DNA of 64,000 bases from Utricularia gibba (lineage: Eukaryota; Plantae; Magnoliophyta), in assembly GCA_002189035.1 (NCBI GenBank), contig CM007989.1, positions 3,286,001 to 3,350,000 of the forward strand, given 5' to 3'. Shown one piece after another: positions 49,100 to 62,170 of this stretch. Numbering within the stretch: position 1 is the stretch's first letter; every line of letters starts with the position of its first letter. The translations under genes were made by a program, and so were the position numbers. The notes under the pieces are model-generated. The model searched no databases. It worked only from the letters and a program-made list of their open reading frames with translations, and had not been told where the DNA came from.

Positions 49100-51077
49100 T
49101 TATTGGGTATTTTCCTCCAGAGAAGAAACTAGCTTCAAAAGAGATTCTTTTCTATCAACAAATGCACGAAGTCGGTCGTCTTCATGAGATGAAGAAAGCT
49201 CACAAGGGGGAGAATCTGATGAGCTCTTGACCATAGAATGTTTCTTGAACCTCCTTTTCTGGCCTCTGTCCGAGCAAACGAGCATCTCCGAGCATGTTTC
49301 AGTGGCCTCTTGAGGGACTGCAGGCTTGTATTTCATGAGCTTTGAGTATTCGTTCATGAGATGAAACATGTAGTCGTAGATATGCTTCATCTCAAGATTC
49401 TCCTTCACAAATTTGCTCCCTGCTTTTCCTATCTCCTCTGCCTGCACATCAAAGGGAAGAAACACTTCAGCTCCTTGTTTGTGGAGTGTTCAATCAGAGT
49501 GTTCCTCAGGGGTAAGTACCTTTTCTGGATGGCTGTTGCCCCATTCGACGGCGAAACGAATTGAATCACATATTGCTGTCGTTGATAGGCCAGTAATCAA
49601 CTGTGGGAACCAAACTTCTTGAGAAGAAATCATAGAAATGGGGCTTTATCATCAGAGTCATGGAATCACAAAACAAGATGTATTTCTGACTAACAGACCA
49701 TGAGTTCCCTTCCGCATAAATCTTGTACCTGGATCACAACATCAACTCAGATTTCTAATATGAGCATATGGGCGTTGTTTCGAGTATATGGTTTTTTGAT
49801 GAAACGGAAACATTACTAGATCAGTAGACATCCCGGTTGGGGAAGAAAATGAGTGTTACCTGTGATTGCACTGGTTAGATAAATCAGAGTTGCTGAACCC
49901 TTGTCGTTTCTCCTTTTTCCAGTCCTGAGAAAAACAGCCATGAGTCCATAGCACAAGATATGGGGTAACTTTCTTCATACCATGTTGAAAATCCTGGCGT
50001 TCCAATCATGTTCTTTTGTAACATTGCATGTTAGCAATCTATTTCTTGTTGAACCAAGGCCTGCAGTTCCCTTCCAATATGCAAACGGCTCTCTGTCCCT
50101 CCATTTGATTCTAGCGTTCCCTTTTTCCAGTTCCTCCTGCAGTGACTCCCATGGCTTGATATTAATCTCCGGCCTGCAACGATTTCAACAATCAAAACCA
50201 GAGAAGAACGACCCCTTCACTCCTATACTTTCAAAATAATGCTTTGCGAAATCTCTTGTCTAGACTACATTCTACTTAGAGCAACTTCTAAACTACAGTA
50301 AAGGATCTTAAAGGATGAGGATAGAAAAGGACCTTAAACGATGAGGATAGAAAATGTTTACCAACCCCAAAAGGACCAATCCGGAAAAACGATGTCGTAG
50401 CTATCCTCATCACCACAGTAATGGAACAATGGAGGAGGAAGCGCACAACCAGAAGAATCACCATGGCTGCAGTAATCCTTTCTCTTCACCGTCGTCCGAT
50501 CATTGCAATTAATCACCATTTCCAAATCAGGAACTCTCCCAGGATACAGCCTGATCATCTGCAAAATCCCCACAGGGTCACAACATCTCTCGTCTGAAAA
50601 ACCTCCCCTATCTTCTCAAAATGCAATCTCCCCTTAGCTATAACAATCCTCAGATGCCCCAGTTTGGCCGATTTCTCCACCATCTCCTCTGTAACCCCGG
50701 TCTCCTTCCATGGCTTCAAGTCTTCGTAAATCCATTTGAAGTAATCAGGGCATGACCCAGACGAAAAACCGGATACATTCGTAGTTGGCGATGCGAATTC
50801 AGAGCAGTTACGGGAGCAATCGAAGTCCCCAGAGTATATGATTTTGGATGGCGACTGAATTCTTATCAGCGATTGCGTTACTAGAGACTGAAAAAGAAAA
50901 AAAATGCAGAAGCGAATGACAGAGACTCAGCTACAAGGGCAAGAACAAATCCGAACGAAATGGAAATTTGAAACTCACCAAGTCGAAGAACTGGCACACG
51001 AAGACGATCACCAGAAGCATGCGAAGAAACGCGGCGACTGGCGACTGAACACATCTTGATAGAAATCGAACAATCAT
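49100..51077 (-). CDS. Glycosyltransferase family 90 (CAP10) O-glucosyltransferase rumi-like; two apparent frameshifts (50568-50571 and ~49568)
   Basis: Exon 1 51077-50979 encodes a TM anchor. Then CPDYFKWIYEDLKPW, FQTRDVVTLWG, YPGRVPDLEM, PPLFHYC, DIVFPDWSFWGW|PEINIKPW, YKIYAEGNSWSVSQKYIL, MKHIYDYMFHLMNEYSKL. Frame is restored by +G in a G4 run and +TG in a TGTG repeat. Confidence 0.88.
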
Positions 51078-51440
51078 TCCTCATCGATTGCTAGGGCAAG
51101 CAAGATCTAGTTTTTGAGGTTCGTTCAGTGTTCTCAACGGCAAAGTAACAGACTTTGGGCCCACATGTTGGGCCCACTCATGGTATCCATAGCCATTTGT
51201 GCTAGAGAAATTGGTTTTAGATTTGCAGAGAAGAAGATGAGGATGCAGAATTACAGGCCAGTGATGATGTAATGGAACAAGACAAGTTGCACAGAAACAA
51301 CTAAAAAACGAAAGCTTGAAACTTGAAGAAGCAAAAGATTTCGGTCATGTTACTTGAATCTGACAAATTTTGTTAAAGCACATGGGCTCTTCTCTTCTCC
51401 TTCTTCACCGGAGTTAAACTTCAACCCATCAATGTACAGT

Positions 51441-52459
51441 CTAGAAAAAGCGGGATTTGTTATCTTCTGAGCAGCAATCAAACAAATACCCATTGCAAAA
51501 CCCGTAACAATCGTCATTTCCCAGAAAACTCATGTCATTTTGGTTGGGAAAATCAAGAAGCAGTTGCAGACTTGACTCAGATGAATCTTGTTCCTCCACT
51601 CCACTGGATCCGCAAGAATCATCTCCATTGGTGTTGTGCACGTCTTTTGTGTTCAAAGCCACTGCCCCTGAAACGCATGAAGTAGAGATCTGGCTTTTAT
51701 CAGTCTTAATGTTCCTGAAAGTTTCGCCAACTTCTGAATTCCATAGTCGGAGAAAGAAGTCCTCGGAATCGGGTTTCGCCGTCGTCGACGAGGGAGTCGA
51801 ATGCAGAGACTCTCTGGACAGCCGCGCATCTGCCTCTAATCGAACCGTTTCCCACTGCGCTGTATGACGTGTTCCTGGGGATGCAGCCGACCGATTCACG
51901 GCGGGCACTGGGAGCTCGGATTCCTTCTCCTTTTTGACTAGCCGCTTCTTCAAATGAGTGTTCCATAGATTCTTGATCTCGTTGTCCGTACGTCCCGGTA
52001 GTTGAGACGCAATCGCAGCCCACCTGAAAAAATAAAGATTCAATCTTTTGTTAAAAAAAAAGGAAAGAAAGAAAGAGAGATCACCACATCTGTTATCAAA
52101 ACAGCACCTGTTTCCGAGAATGCCGTGAAGTTGCACAACGAGCTTCTCCTCCTCCGCGCTGAAAGGGCCACGCTTGATGTCCGGCCGGAGGTAATTCGTC
52201 CACCGGAGCCGGCAACTTTTGCCGCAACGCAGAAGACCTGACAGTACACTTCATCGAAAATCAGAACATATTGAAAATCGAAAAAAAAAAAACAGAGTCA
52301 TCCATAGAAAAACTCCCGAATATAACCTGCGAGCTTGGGTAGAGAACGCCAGCTTCCATGCCCATTTTTGTTGATGTAATCAACCAACTTCTTATCTTCT
52401 TCAGGAGTCCATGGCCCTTTCTTCAAACCCTTTTTGTCGCAACAGGGTGCTCTTCCCAT
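51441..52459 (-). CDS. MYB17: R2R3-MYB transcription factor, subgroup 9 (MYB17/MIXTA-like); exons 52459-52327, 52237-52108, 52023-51441
   Basis: [22 protein letters not shown]...LPKLAG|[23 protein letters not shown]...GNR|[28 protein letters not shown]; subgroup-9 motif [18 protein letters not shown]. Confidence 0.9.
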
Positions 52460-54544
52460 GGAAAAGACTCCAACTTTTCTACTCAACAATCATTCGAAAG
52501 AAATGGGAAAATGTATAAAGATCGAATCTCGGGAGAAACGGTGAAAGAAACAGTAGCGAAATGTAAAGACAAAAGCAAGGATCTGGAAATCCCGACGAAG
52601 CATAAATGCGAGAAGACACAACACACACACGTTTACTTTAAGGGATCAAAGCAGCCTTTGCTTTTGAGAAGTGCATTTAATTCCTAACACTGAGACCGGT
52701 ACGATGCAGAGCACAGAGAGACTGGATGATGCGTTATCTTCAACGGAAAAGCAGCATGGAGTGGAATGGAATGGAATGGGATGGCAAGGAAGAGGGAAAA
52801 AAGATGAGAAATGATTTACTGAGAGAAGCCAAATAATTTTCTCTGCTAATCTTGTCAACAAGTTACCACTGAAACCCACATGCTTCTTGACATCAAAACA
52901 GCACCGGTTCCCAGGATTAAATGCTCCAGTTGGTACACAAAGTTACATTCTACTCTATACTGTGTAATCTTTTTGTGCCTGGGGGTTTTTATGTGAGTGC
53001 TGAGTTGCCATGTGGAAGTACCCAATTGGCGGTGATTGATAGAAGAAATGGATATGGTGATTTCACCAAGGAAGCAGGAGAGGAAATCAATGGTAGAGCA
53101 TTGAATGAGGCCGGCTTCATCAGTTCTGAAGAGACTAACTCTTCTGCAGATCCCGTTTCTCTCGTGATCCCCCATCACTCTTCCATCTTGTGTCCCCAAC
53201 ACTTAATTGCTTTCTTTTTGTATAGCCTTTTTGGTTACTGTGCATTCATAAAAACTCGAAAAACATCGTGGGAGTGAGTAGTCTATCATGTGGCCAGCAG
53301 GGTTTAGGGTTTATGGCATCCTGATAGATGTCTTTTGGCGAGTGTGTGAAACTCGAAAACACCCCACTTCGCGTATTGGGGGCCATTGTGAAGATTTAAA
53401 ACCTAAGGCAAGCTAGAAAACAACGTGACAAAAAAAGTACGCGGTAGTCTGAATGAATACAAGGATAGAACTATTGGCTCTGCATCACCGGCCCCACCCA
53501 CGGACCGAGCCACATGCATGTCCGAGCCCCTTGTCATCTCACTACACAATGCATTAATGGCGGGTTTCGTGGAGTACAGAAGAGAGGAGAGTGGGAGTGT
53601 ACATACATTCACAGACCGCAATAAAAACCAGCCATATTGATATGCCACTAGTCAAATGGACAAGAGGGCGGTGCCATGTAATAATCCTGAACATTTTACT
53701 GCCTTGGGATTCAACACATAAAGACTGCCGAATAGCCCAAGCACAGAACAGATCAAGAAAGAAAGGAAAGGGCTCAGCCACCGACACTCTACTGCGGTGT
53801 TGGTGTTGTCACTGTTCTGTTAGTGTTACACCTTTTGTTAGTACAGGGAAGCTTTCTTTTTTTTTTTTCTTTTTTCAAATGATTCAAGTTTTTGTACATC
53901 ATAGGATACCCTCATCCTGTGTGTGTTTTTGTCAAGATTTGATCAGCACATGGATTCCTATTGACTAAGTCCATGTTTGTTGTCTATCATTTCTATGGTT
54001 TTCATTACACAGCACCCTCTCTGACAAGGTTTGAACCATGAATTATTGACCCAGTGTAATGAGTGACATGACAATAGACCACGTTGACGGTGTAGCCTTT
54101 TTTCTCTCTCACTGCCGCACTTGTTTCAATGAAAAAAGCTGTCGATGGATCAGTTCATTTCGTTTTCTACTGAGATGGTATCAGTCGCTTTCGGACCTTA
54201 AGAAGAAGACTAGCTTTCACTACATGCATATGGTTTTCTACAGAATAGGTATGAAGCCAAATCCCCTGTTAGAAACCATACAGGAATGGTAAGGAAAGGA
54301 GACCATCCACCTACAGTGTCCACGAAGGAAACCGTCGCATTGATCATAGCAACAGGGAAGAACACAGTAACTGTCTCACCACCTTACAAAGGAGGTGCTT
54401 CTGTCATCCTGATTACATGCTAATAGGATAAAAAGGAAGTGGATGCAGACGCTGCACCCATTGAGTTCACACACAGACAAGAGAGTGTTAGCTCCTCCAG
54501 TAAATAGCAGTGGCACAGACTGCCGCTCGGACGCTGAACCAAGA

Positions 54545-57069
54545 TCACTGGCAATATATGGCCTGGTCTATATGCGGAGGGATCTGCTTGATTTCGGTTC
54601 CTAGTTCCTGTTCAATCCTGTACCTGAAGCCATGATAGAACAAACAAGGAGATGAGAGATCTGTGAAGCCTAATGGGGTAGGGAGACACATGTTCTTACA
54701 AATTGAAGCGGTCTTCGTAGGTGATGAGGTTCACGGCCAGGCCTAGGTGTCCGAACCTCCCAGAACGGCCAACCTGATAAAGATACGGATTACTAGGAAA
54801 TGAAATATAAAATAAGGAGCCTTGAGATCACTAGAAGCAGGAGAGCATACTCTGTGCAAATATGTTTCTGAGTTCTTTGGGAAATCGAAGTTGATCACCA
54901 CATTTACGGCTTGGATATCTATACCCCTTGTGAACAAGTCTGCAATAGCAAGAGATGAAAACTGTTAGAATGTAATGCGGAGGTATGGCTAGAGAGTTTT
55001 TAATATAAGATATCCAACAGAAAAAAAAGAAGAAAAAGGAGATAGTGTGCCCTGAGAGCTAACCAGTGCAGACGAGATTCCTGCAAGCTCCATTGCGGAA
55101 ATCGTGAAAAACTCTGTTGCGATGATCTTGAAGCATTTTGGCATGAATGTAGAAGCAAGAATACCCCAGCTCTGTTATCTTCTTTGCAAGAAGCTCTACT
55201 CGGTTCACAGAATTGCAGAAAATGATTGACTGATTGATTTGCAGCTGAAGGCAAGTCATCAATAAATCATATATCAGCGCAATACATATTCAAAAGAAAA
55301 TTACTGGGCAGGGAATTATTCTTCTTGACAAAAGATGCATAGTTGTCAATTTGTGAACCTTTGAGAACAGCGTGTTGAGGCAGTGAACTTTTTGTCTCTC
55401 TTCAACAAAAGCATAAAACTGTGTTATACCCTTGAGGGTAAGCTCATCCATAAGATTGATAATGTAAGGCTTCCTCAGGAACCTATCTTTAAAATCTTTT
55501 ACAGTAACAGGAAAAGTAGCAGAGAACATAAGGATCTGGCGTTGAGGAGGCAAAAAGCTAATCAACTGCTCAATGGAAGGTTGAAACTCTTGCGACAAAA
55601 GCTTATCAGCCTGACAGATAGCACACAATTGAGGCACAGTTAATGCAAAAAACATCATGGGACATATGTAATCATGTTAAATGCATGACGTACCTCATCC
55701 ATTACAAGCATTGTGCATTCATTCAAGAGACAGATCCCCTTTTTGGTAAGATCAAGAATTCTTCCAGGCGTTCCTACGAGTAAATGAACTGGCTGATATA
55801 GACGCATAATGTCATCTCTTAAACTTGTTCCACCAGTAGAAACCATCACTTGAATTTTCAAATGCTTCCCAAGTTCTTTGCAGGTTTGGGATGTTTGCAG
55901 AGCCAATTCCCTCGTGGGTATTAGAATAACAGCTGCAGGAGCGGTCACAATCAGTTTATGACATATATGAAAATAGGCAACCATGATCCTACAATCAATA
56001 GCTTCGCAGAAAACAACTTAAAATACGTAACCGTAAGTAACCATGCCCAAAAGAAAATAAATGCACATTCACCCATATATAATACTAAAAAGCATGAACC
56101 AACGGATCCCAATGTTTTAAATACGGTTCAACTCTTGCACTCCAAAAGCGCTGACTAATAAAAAGCTATTGACAGAGGACTTAACATAAACAGGAAACTG
56201 AAATAGGCATAGCCGTACCCTGAATAACATTTTTATCTTGATCAATTTTCTCCAAAGCAGGTATGCAAAATGCAGCAGTTTTCCCAGTTCCATTTTTGGC
56301 CCGAGCCAAAATGTCACTTCCAGTGAGAGCAATTGGAATGCTCTCTTCCTGAATTGGAGAAGGTCTCTCAAACCCCTTTTCATATATCCCCATAAGCAGC
56401 TCACGTTTCAAAAAGTAGTCTTCGAATTCATTTCCCTTAGTTGCTGTAACATCCTGGAAGAGTGTTCAAAGTTAGAAAACAACAGGCATAACGAAGGTGA
56501 AAACATTAGCAATGTCCATAAATGCCTATTAAAGAAGTTTTGAATATAGGTTGTCTAACCTCTGTTTTGTACCGCGTGTCTGGCTGCGGTAATTTCAGTT
56601 GCCTTTTCCAGTCATTAGAACTACTCAAAAAAAGAAGAAGGAAACCCTTAACTTTTATTCTAAAAGAAAGCATACGCGGAAAAGTGGATACAAGCTAAAC
56701 TAAAATCAACTAGCAGAATACACGAAAAGGGGACATTTTTGAATACATGCTATCAACTGTCCACAGAGAAAGCGATAACATACCAAAACAGAGAAAAGAA
56801 ATTGACCTCGAATCAACGGCTTCCGACTGTACAGTCTTCTCAACCTCGTCTACGGTGGAATCAGCCGGCGGAAGCTGGTCTCTTCGCAGCCACTGCTGCG
56901 TCTGAGGTCCTTGAAACACTTGATTGTTATGCACATTACCTCTCTGAGCGTAATGTTGAGAGGGATTTTTTGGTTGAAAACTAGGGTTCGGTGGAGCATT
57001 TGACATGAAACCCCCACCTCCTCTGCCACCTCCCATTCCTGGTGGCGGATATCTCGCTCTGGAACTCAT
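54545..57069 (-). CDS. RH8: DEAD-box ATP-dependent RNA helicase, DDX6/Dhh1 type (RH6/RH8/RH12 family)
   Basis: Q-motif [36 protein letters not shown]|AD, SAT, RGID, HR|VGRSGRFG; C-terminus [25 protein letters not shown]. The N-terminus [11 protein letters not shown] resembles RH8; the exact paralogue is uncertain. Confidence 0.93.
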
Positions 57070-57727
57070 CACAGCGACCGATTCTTCTCTAAAACGCTCG
57101 AACACAAATCTACAATTTCACACCTAGGGAGAAAAAAAGGACTCCCCGAGCAGAGGAAAACCGAAGAAGCAGTAAATCTACGTGAAGAATACACAGGAAC
57201 GGATTACAAAACGCTGGATCAGCAAAACAGCATTGCAATTTCACAAATTTTCAAGCCTTCAAGAAGTGCGTGCGCCAAAAACCCGAACGGAATCCGGAAT
57301 ATGTCCCAATTAGGGCGCCTCCTCAGCTCTCGGTGCAGTGAAATAAAATTATATCATTTATTTTTATACATAAATATTGAAAAATGTTTTTTTTAACCTA
57401 AATAAGAATTGGGATTTTCTTATTCCACTACTATAATTGCGTTTTTTCATTTTTTCCGCAATTAACATATATGGATTTTTTGACTGGGCTGGGTTGTAAC
57501 AGCTGGGAAAAGCCCACCGATTACAGGCTTTGGGTTAGGCCCACATATTTGATAAGATACTGTTCAACAGCTAACGTTTTGGGCCAAAAGAGTCCATCTT
57601 CCCTTGTCATTTTTTCTTCTTTTCATTTCCTGGAGAATCCGTCGTCGCCGCCGGGTCCGCGACTTAGAAGGACAAATTCGTTTCCGGAACAGCAAAAAGA
57701 ATAGGGTTGAGAGCTCTCGTTCACAAA
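57070..57727. promoter_or_regulatory. Short divergent intergenic region shared by the helicase and FolD genes
   Basis: ATGs lie 658 bp apart, head to head. Site-II motifs TGGGCY/RGCCCA at 57485, 57511, 57538 and 57580. Confidence 0.55.
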
Positions 57728-59124
57728 ATGGTTACCGCCGCCGCCTCCTCATCGTCCGCCATGGCGCTCCTGAGCTCCATGGCCGATGGCGGCTCTCGAA
57801 AACTCTTCGGCGCTTCTGATCACATGGTACGTCCACTGCAGAAAGCCGCCTTGAGAACGACAAAGATTATGAAGGTGGATGCTCACGCCGCCACCTTTCT
57901 CTGCTCTTCTGCTGTTTCCTCTGTATCTAACGGTGAGCATCCAACCTTTGGTTTGGTTAGGATTTGGACTGTACATCTGGCCTGCTTAATCCGGACTTTT
58001 TACAGCTGCGGAGGTTTCTGCAAAGGTTATTGATGGAAAAGCTACTGCCAAGCAAATCAGAGAGGAAATCGCTGCAGAAATTGCGAGGATGAAGGAGTCA
58101 ATCGGCGTAATTCCGGGACTAGCAGTCATTCTTGTGGGAGACAGAAAGGATTCAGCGACTTATGTACGCAACAAGAAGAAAGCCTGTGAATCTGTGGGTA
58201 TCAAGTCTTATGAAGTGCATCTTGCTGAAGATATATCTGAACAAGAATTACTGAAGCATATCTCAGAGTTCAATGAAGATCCATCCGTTAATGGATCCTG
58301 GTGCAGTTGCCTTTGCCTCCGGTGAGTCTCCAAAATCCGACTAAAGCGGTTTTTCTGTCATGCTGTGCTGATGCATGCGCTTTTCAGCAAATAAATGAAG
58401 AGAAAGTTTTGAATACCGTTTCCATAGAGAAGGATGTTGATGGCTTCAATCCTCTCAACATTGGCTGCCTAGCAATGAGAGATAGAGAGCCCTTGTTTGT
58501 TCCTTGTACACCAAAGGGATGCATACAGCTGTTGCACAGATATGGCATCGAAATTAAGGGGAAGCGGGCGGTTGTGATTGGCCGGAGTAATATCGTCGGC
58601 CTCCCTGTTGCTCTTCTTCTGCAAGTAATATCTCCATATCCCCACTTCCCATATGGTTCTCTGTTGAACTCAAACTCATACGAACACTTCTTACCTTTGC
58701 TTGTGCTGGCAGAGGGAAGATGCTACCGTTACGATTGTGCATTCGAGAACTGCAAGCCCTGATCAGATCACAAGACAAGCCGATATCATCATTTCTGCCG
58801 CAGGGAAGGCAAACATGGTGAAAGGTACCTGGATCAAGCCTGGAGCAGTTATCATAGACGTTGGAATCAATCCCATCGAGGTTCAGACCTTTTTTGCTAG
58901 TAGCATACCTCATACGTGAGTTGGGTTGTTGTTAACCCCAACATGAATTACAGGATGCATCAAGTCCTCGTGGTTATCATCTCGTGGGTGATGTTTGTTA
59001 TGATGAGGCAAGCAAAATTGCATCCGCAATCACTCCTGTTCCTGGTGGTGTCGGGCCAATGACAATAGCGATGCTCTTGTCAAACACTCTCACAGCGGCG
59101 AAGCGGCAACTCCGCTTCGAATAG
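57728..59124 (+). CDS. FOLD: Bifunctional methylenetetrahydrofolate dehydrogenase/cyclohydrolase FolD with a transit-peptide-like N-terminus; apparent 1-bp frameshift at 58293-58294
   Basis: [90 protein letters not shown]. The sequence reads aat gga tcc where [10 protein letters not shown] needs one more G. Confidence 0.93.
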
Positions 59125-59398
59125 GTGCGCCAATTCTTCGCCATAGTCCTTAGCAAGGGCGCTTCATAGCCGCTGTGTGCTTTAAGCTGCGTGCAAGCAA
59201 CAAAATAGTCATTCATTGCCTTTTCCATGGTATTTGAGATAATTTTTCAAGGATAATTGAAAAATAATTCTTCAGTTTCATAGATAGCAGAGAACGCACA
59301 TTTAGGCGTATGCTTGTCTTGCAGAGCAAAGCTATGCCTGTTGTAATTGAAAAAACGGCATCGTATCTAAACATTAAAACCGCAGTTCAGGAACTACA

Positions 59399-61786
59399 TC
59401 AACAGCTATCCGCAACAAGATTGACCCGTGTAGCAAACTGAGAAACTTTAGCCGTTCGCTGCACTGTTGAACTACGAAGAATTGATGCCTGTGGACATCA
59501 AAGTTTCCTGTTAAAGGACATGAAAGGGCTCAAAACAATGTAAAATTTTCAGATAATTTCAGTAGACCTTGGGGCGATCCATGGAGCTTCCATAAAAACC
59601 AATCCCGAAAGAAGGCGATGTGTATGATGCAGCGATCTCAACAGCTTTCAGCTCGGTAGGTGCAGCACCCTAGATGAACAAATAAGTAAGTGAAAGCTTC
59701 ACAGAAGTTTGGATGATCGAGCTTGTTCTTGCAAGGATCATGAGATATTTTTTTTTTTCGGACTGCAAGCTGATTCTAAGGTAAAAATGGGATTCCTAGT
59801 AGATTCTGTAGAAATGGAATTTCTCATCACTGGTGGTAAAGGAACTACATCATAGACTTGGTGTGTTAACTTACTTCAGAGGAAGCCTCAGCCTGAACAA
59901 CTAAAATCCCCGCACTCCTATCCTCGTGAATTTGCCCATCATTTAGAAAGCGTTGCAAGATTTTTGCGGAAGCAGATAGTGGACTTGCCTGGGACCTGAA
60001 ATAGGTATGAGTTATTAACAAATTTCTGCATCTCCATGTCTCCAAAGTAAGACCAAAGTACAAAGTGATCGCAGAGCGTACACTGCACATGATGTACAGC
60101 ATTCTCTAGCTGCAAATTCCTTCATTAAGTACTCTCCAGCACCACTCACGCAGCATCCTACAATACAAGGAGCTCTAAGGTGACTTGTTGTGGACGCCCA
60201 ACACCCAGCACCATATGATGCGGCTAACCCCACACGACCACTGACCTACAAGAACAGGGGATATATCTGAATGCGAATAGACATTTGATTATGAATTGTT
60301 AGAAGAAGAACCTTGAGAGAAATGCCACCACTAGATGCTCCACAGGCTATACGGCCTTCAGAATCTACACAGATTACTCCAACTGTGTCCATTACAATAC
60401 TCTCCTCTTCTATTGTTGACTGTCTTTCAGATGACTGAACAACCTTCGCCTTTCGGAGATCAAAGGAATGAGCCTCTACATCTGGAATAGGTTGCCCATG
60501 GTTACGTGGAATAGGAATGACTGCATAATGTATTCATGGTCGCCACTAAATGATGAGAGGCATATATGTAATGAGTAATGTATTCAAGTAAACTTGAACA
60601 ATAATTTCCCAAAGACATACAGTGTTTACTGGCTGTAGCTCCTCCATCAGCTGCAATTCTGGCATCATCAAGCATCATTTTATATCTTCTCCATTGGCGC
60701 TTTGCCCTTTCTGTCACCAACCACTGCCAGAAAACATATCAGGTAACATCAATAAAATTTATTGTGTGGCAAATGAAAAAAAAAATTAAATAAAAAAAAG
60801 CATGCCTCACTAGCTTTTCCATCAGTACCACTGACATTCTTGGACTTTGCCCATAAACGAGCCCCTTCACCCACCAAAAACCTTAGCAATAATATTTCCT
60901 ATTAAAGGGATGATGACCAAAGCAAATAACTGAAGTCTAGGTATAAATAAATAAAAATCGATCCTAGAATAAAGCAATGTTCCCAAGATGACTCATAAGT
61001 TTCGGAATAAACTTACAGCTAATATAGAAGACTAGTTGCATAACCATACAACAAAAAAAGGTGAAACATACATTGGCCTAATTCGACCTAATAGTGAAGA
61101 TGCCAGCATCTGCTCTTTAGCAAGCAAAAAAGCTACTCGGATTGGGTTTCTAACACCTGTTAGAAATCAGCTTCAAGAGAGTAAACAAAATAATCGAGAA
61201 GAGAAGCAATAAATCACAAATACGCCTCACTTAATATACCTGGTACAGCTCCAACTGCACCAAACACTCTTGAGTGACCATCCATTATACTAGCATCACA
61301 TTCCACATGACCATCCTCAGTCAAACTCGAGCCTCGCCCTGCATTTATGTTTGGATCATCCTGAAGACGCATCAAATGTAACAATTTCCCAATGAATCAT
61401 TTATGCATATCAATATCAAAAGAACTCCCGAATAAAGTCATTCAACGAGGTAATTCTTAAGTAAATAATAGCCAAACAAACTGACCTCCAGGACTTCAAT
61501 TGCGGCTGCAACAGCATCCACACATCCACCAGATCCCTATATCAAAAAAAAAAAAAAAAACATCACTTTGAAGTGTCCAGATATCTCAATATCACTTCAC
61601 CATACAACTGATTCGGAAAATTCGAGGGATGTAGAAAAGTACCTTCCTGAGTATACAAGCCGAAGCAATACACGCGCGCTTCATAGCGCATCGCAGCGCC
61701 TTCTCGGAAGAATGCGAGTGGAATCCCGCGCCTACGTGAACGGCTACGAAGAATCTTCCACTCTGATCACTCTCTTCGCCAGCCAT
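59399..61786 (-). CDS. Threonine aspartase (Taspase1-like N-terminal nucleophile hydrolase)
   Basis: MAGEES...[10 protein letters not shown]; autocleavage site MD|[23 protein letters not shown]; [15 protein letters not shown]; SGAGEYLMK; [21 protein letters not shown]; last exon ends ADSC*. Confidence 0.9.
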
Positions 61787-62170
61787 CGTCGTAGAGGTAC
61801 AATACCGACTCTTCGAAACCTTGAACTTCAATAGCAAATAACTATTTACCGGAGTTTCTTTTTTCCAGTCACGTCTTTCGGAGATTCTACTTTGTGTATC
61901 AACATTTCTTTAATTTAAAAATTCGGGTTCCCATCAAAATATAGAATAAAAATATCTAATTCACGCTGAAAAATATTTTTAAAAGTAAAAAAGGGATACA
62001 AGTGCAATAATAACCAGGAATTCATTTTTCTCTCTCAAAACATAAAAAAAAAAGTGAAAAAAATCTCATTACCGAGTACTCCATTAGAAAGAAAAATTAT
62101 TACACGGTGCCAGTAAGTGCAAATAAGGCACAGTTACACGAACTCGGGAGAAAAAAATTCACAAATGCGA

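Noticed and set aside
50881-51084. 67-aa ORF MRNDCSIS... as GT90 exon 1, implying a third frameshift
   Set aside because: An alternative frame from ATG 51077 with a GTGAGT donor (50978) and a tttcag acceptor (50888) joins in phase and gives a better TM anchor.
52880-53280. Overlapping 115-118-aa ORFs or a miRNA precursor upstream of MYB17
   Set aside because: No domain motifs, no known mature miRNA sequence recognised and no long hairpin visible; treated as promoter/intergenic DNA.
53298-53315. Interstitial telomeric repeat (agggtttagggttt)
   Set aside because: Only two units; this is the size of an ordinary telo-box and not a telomere remnant.
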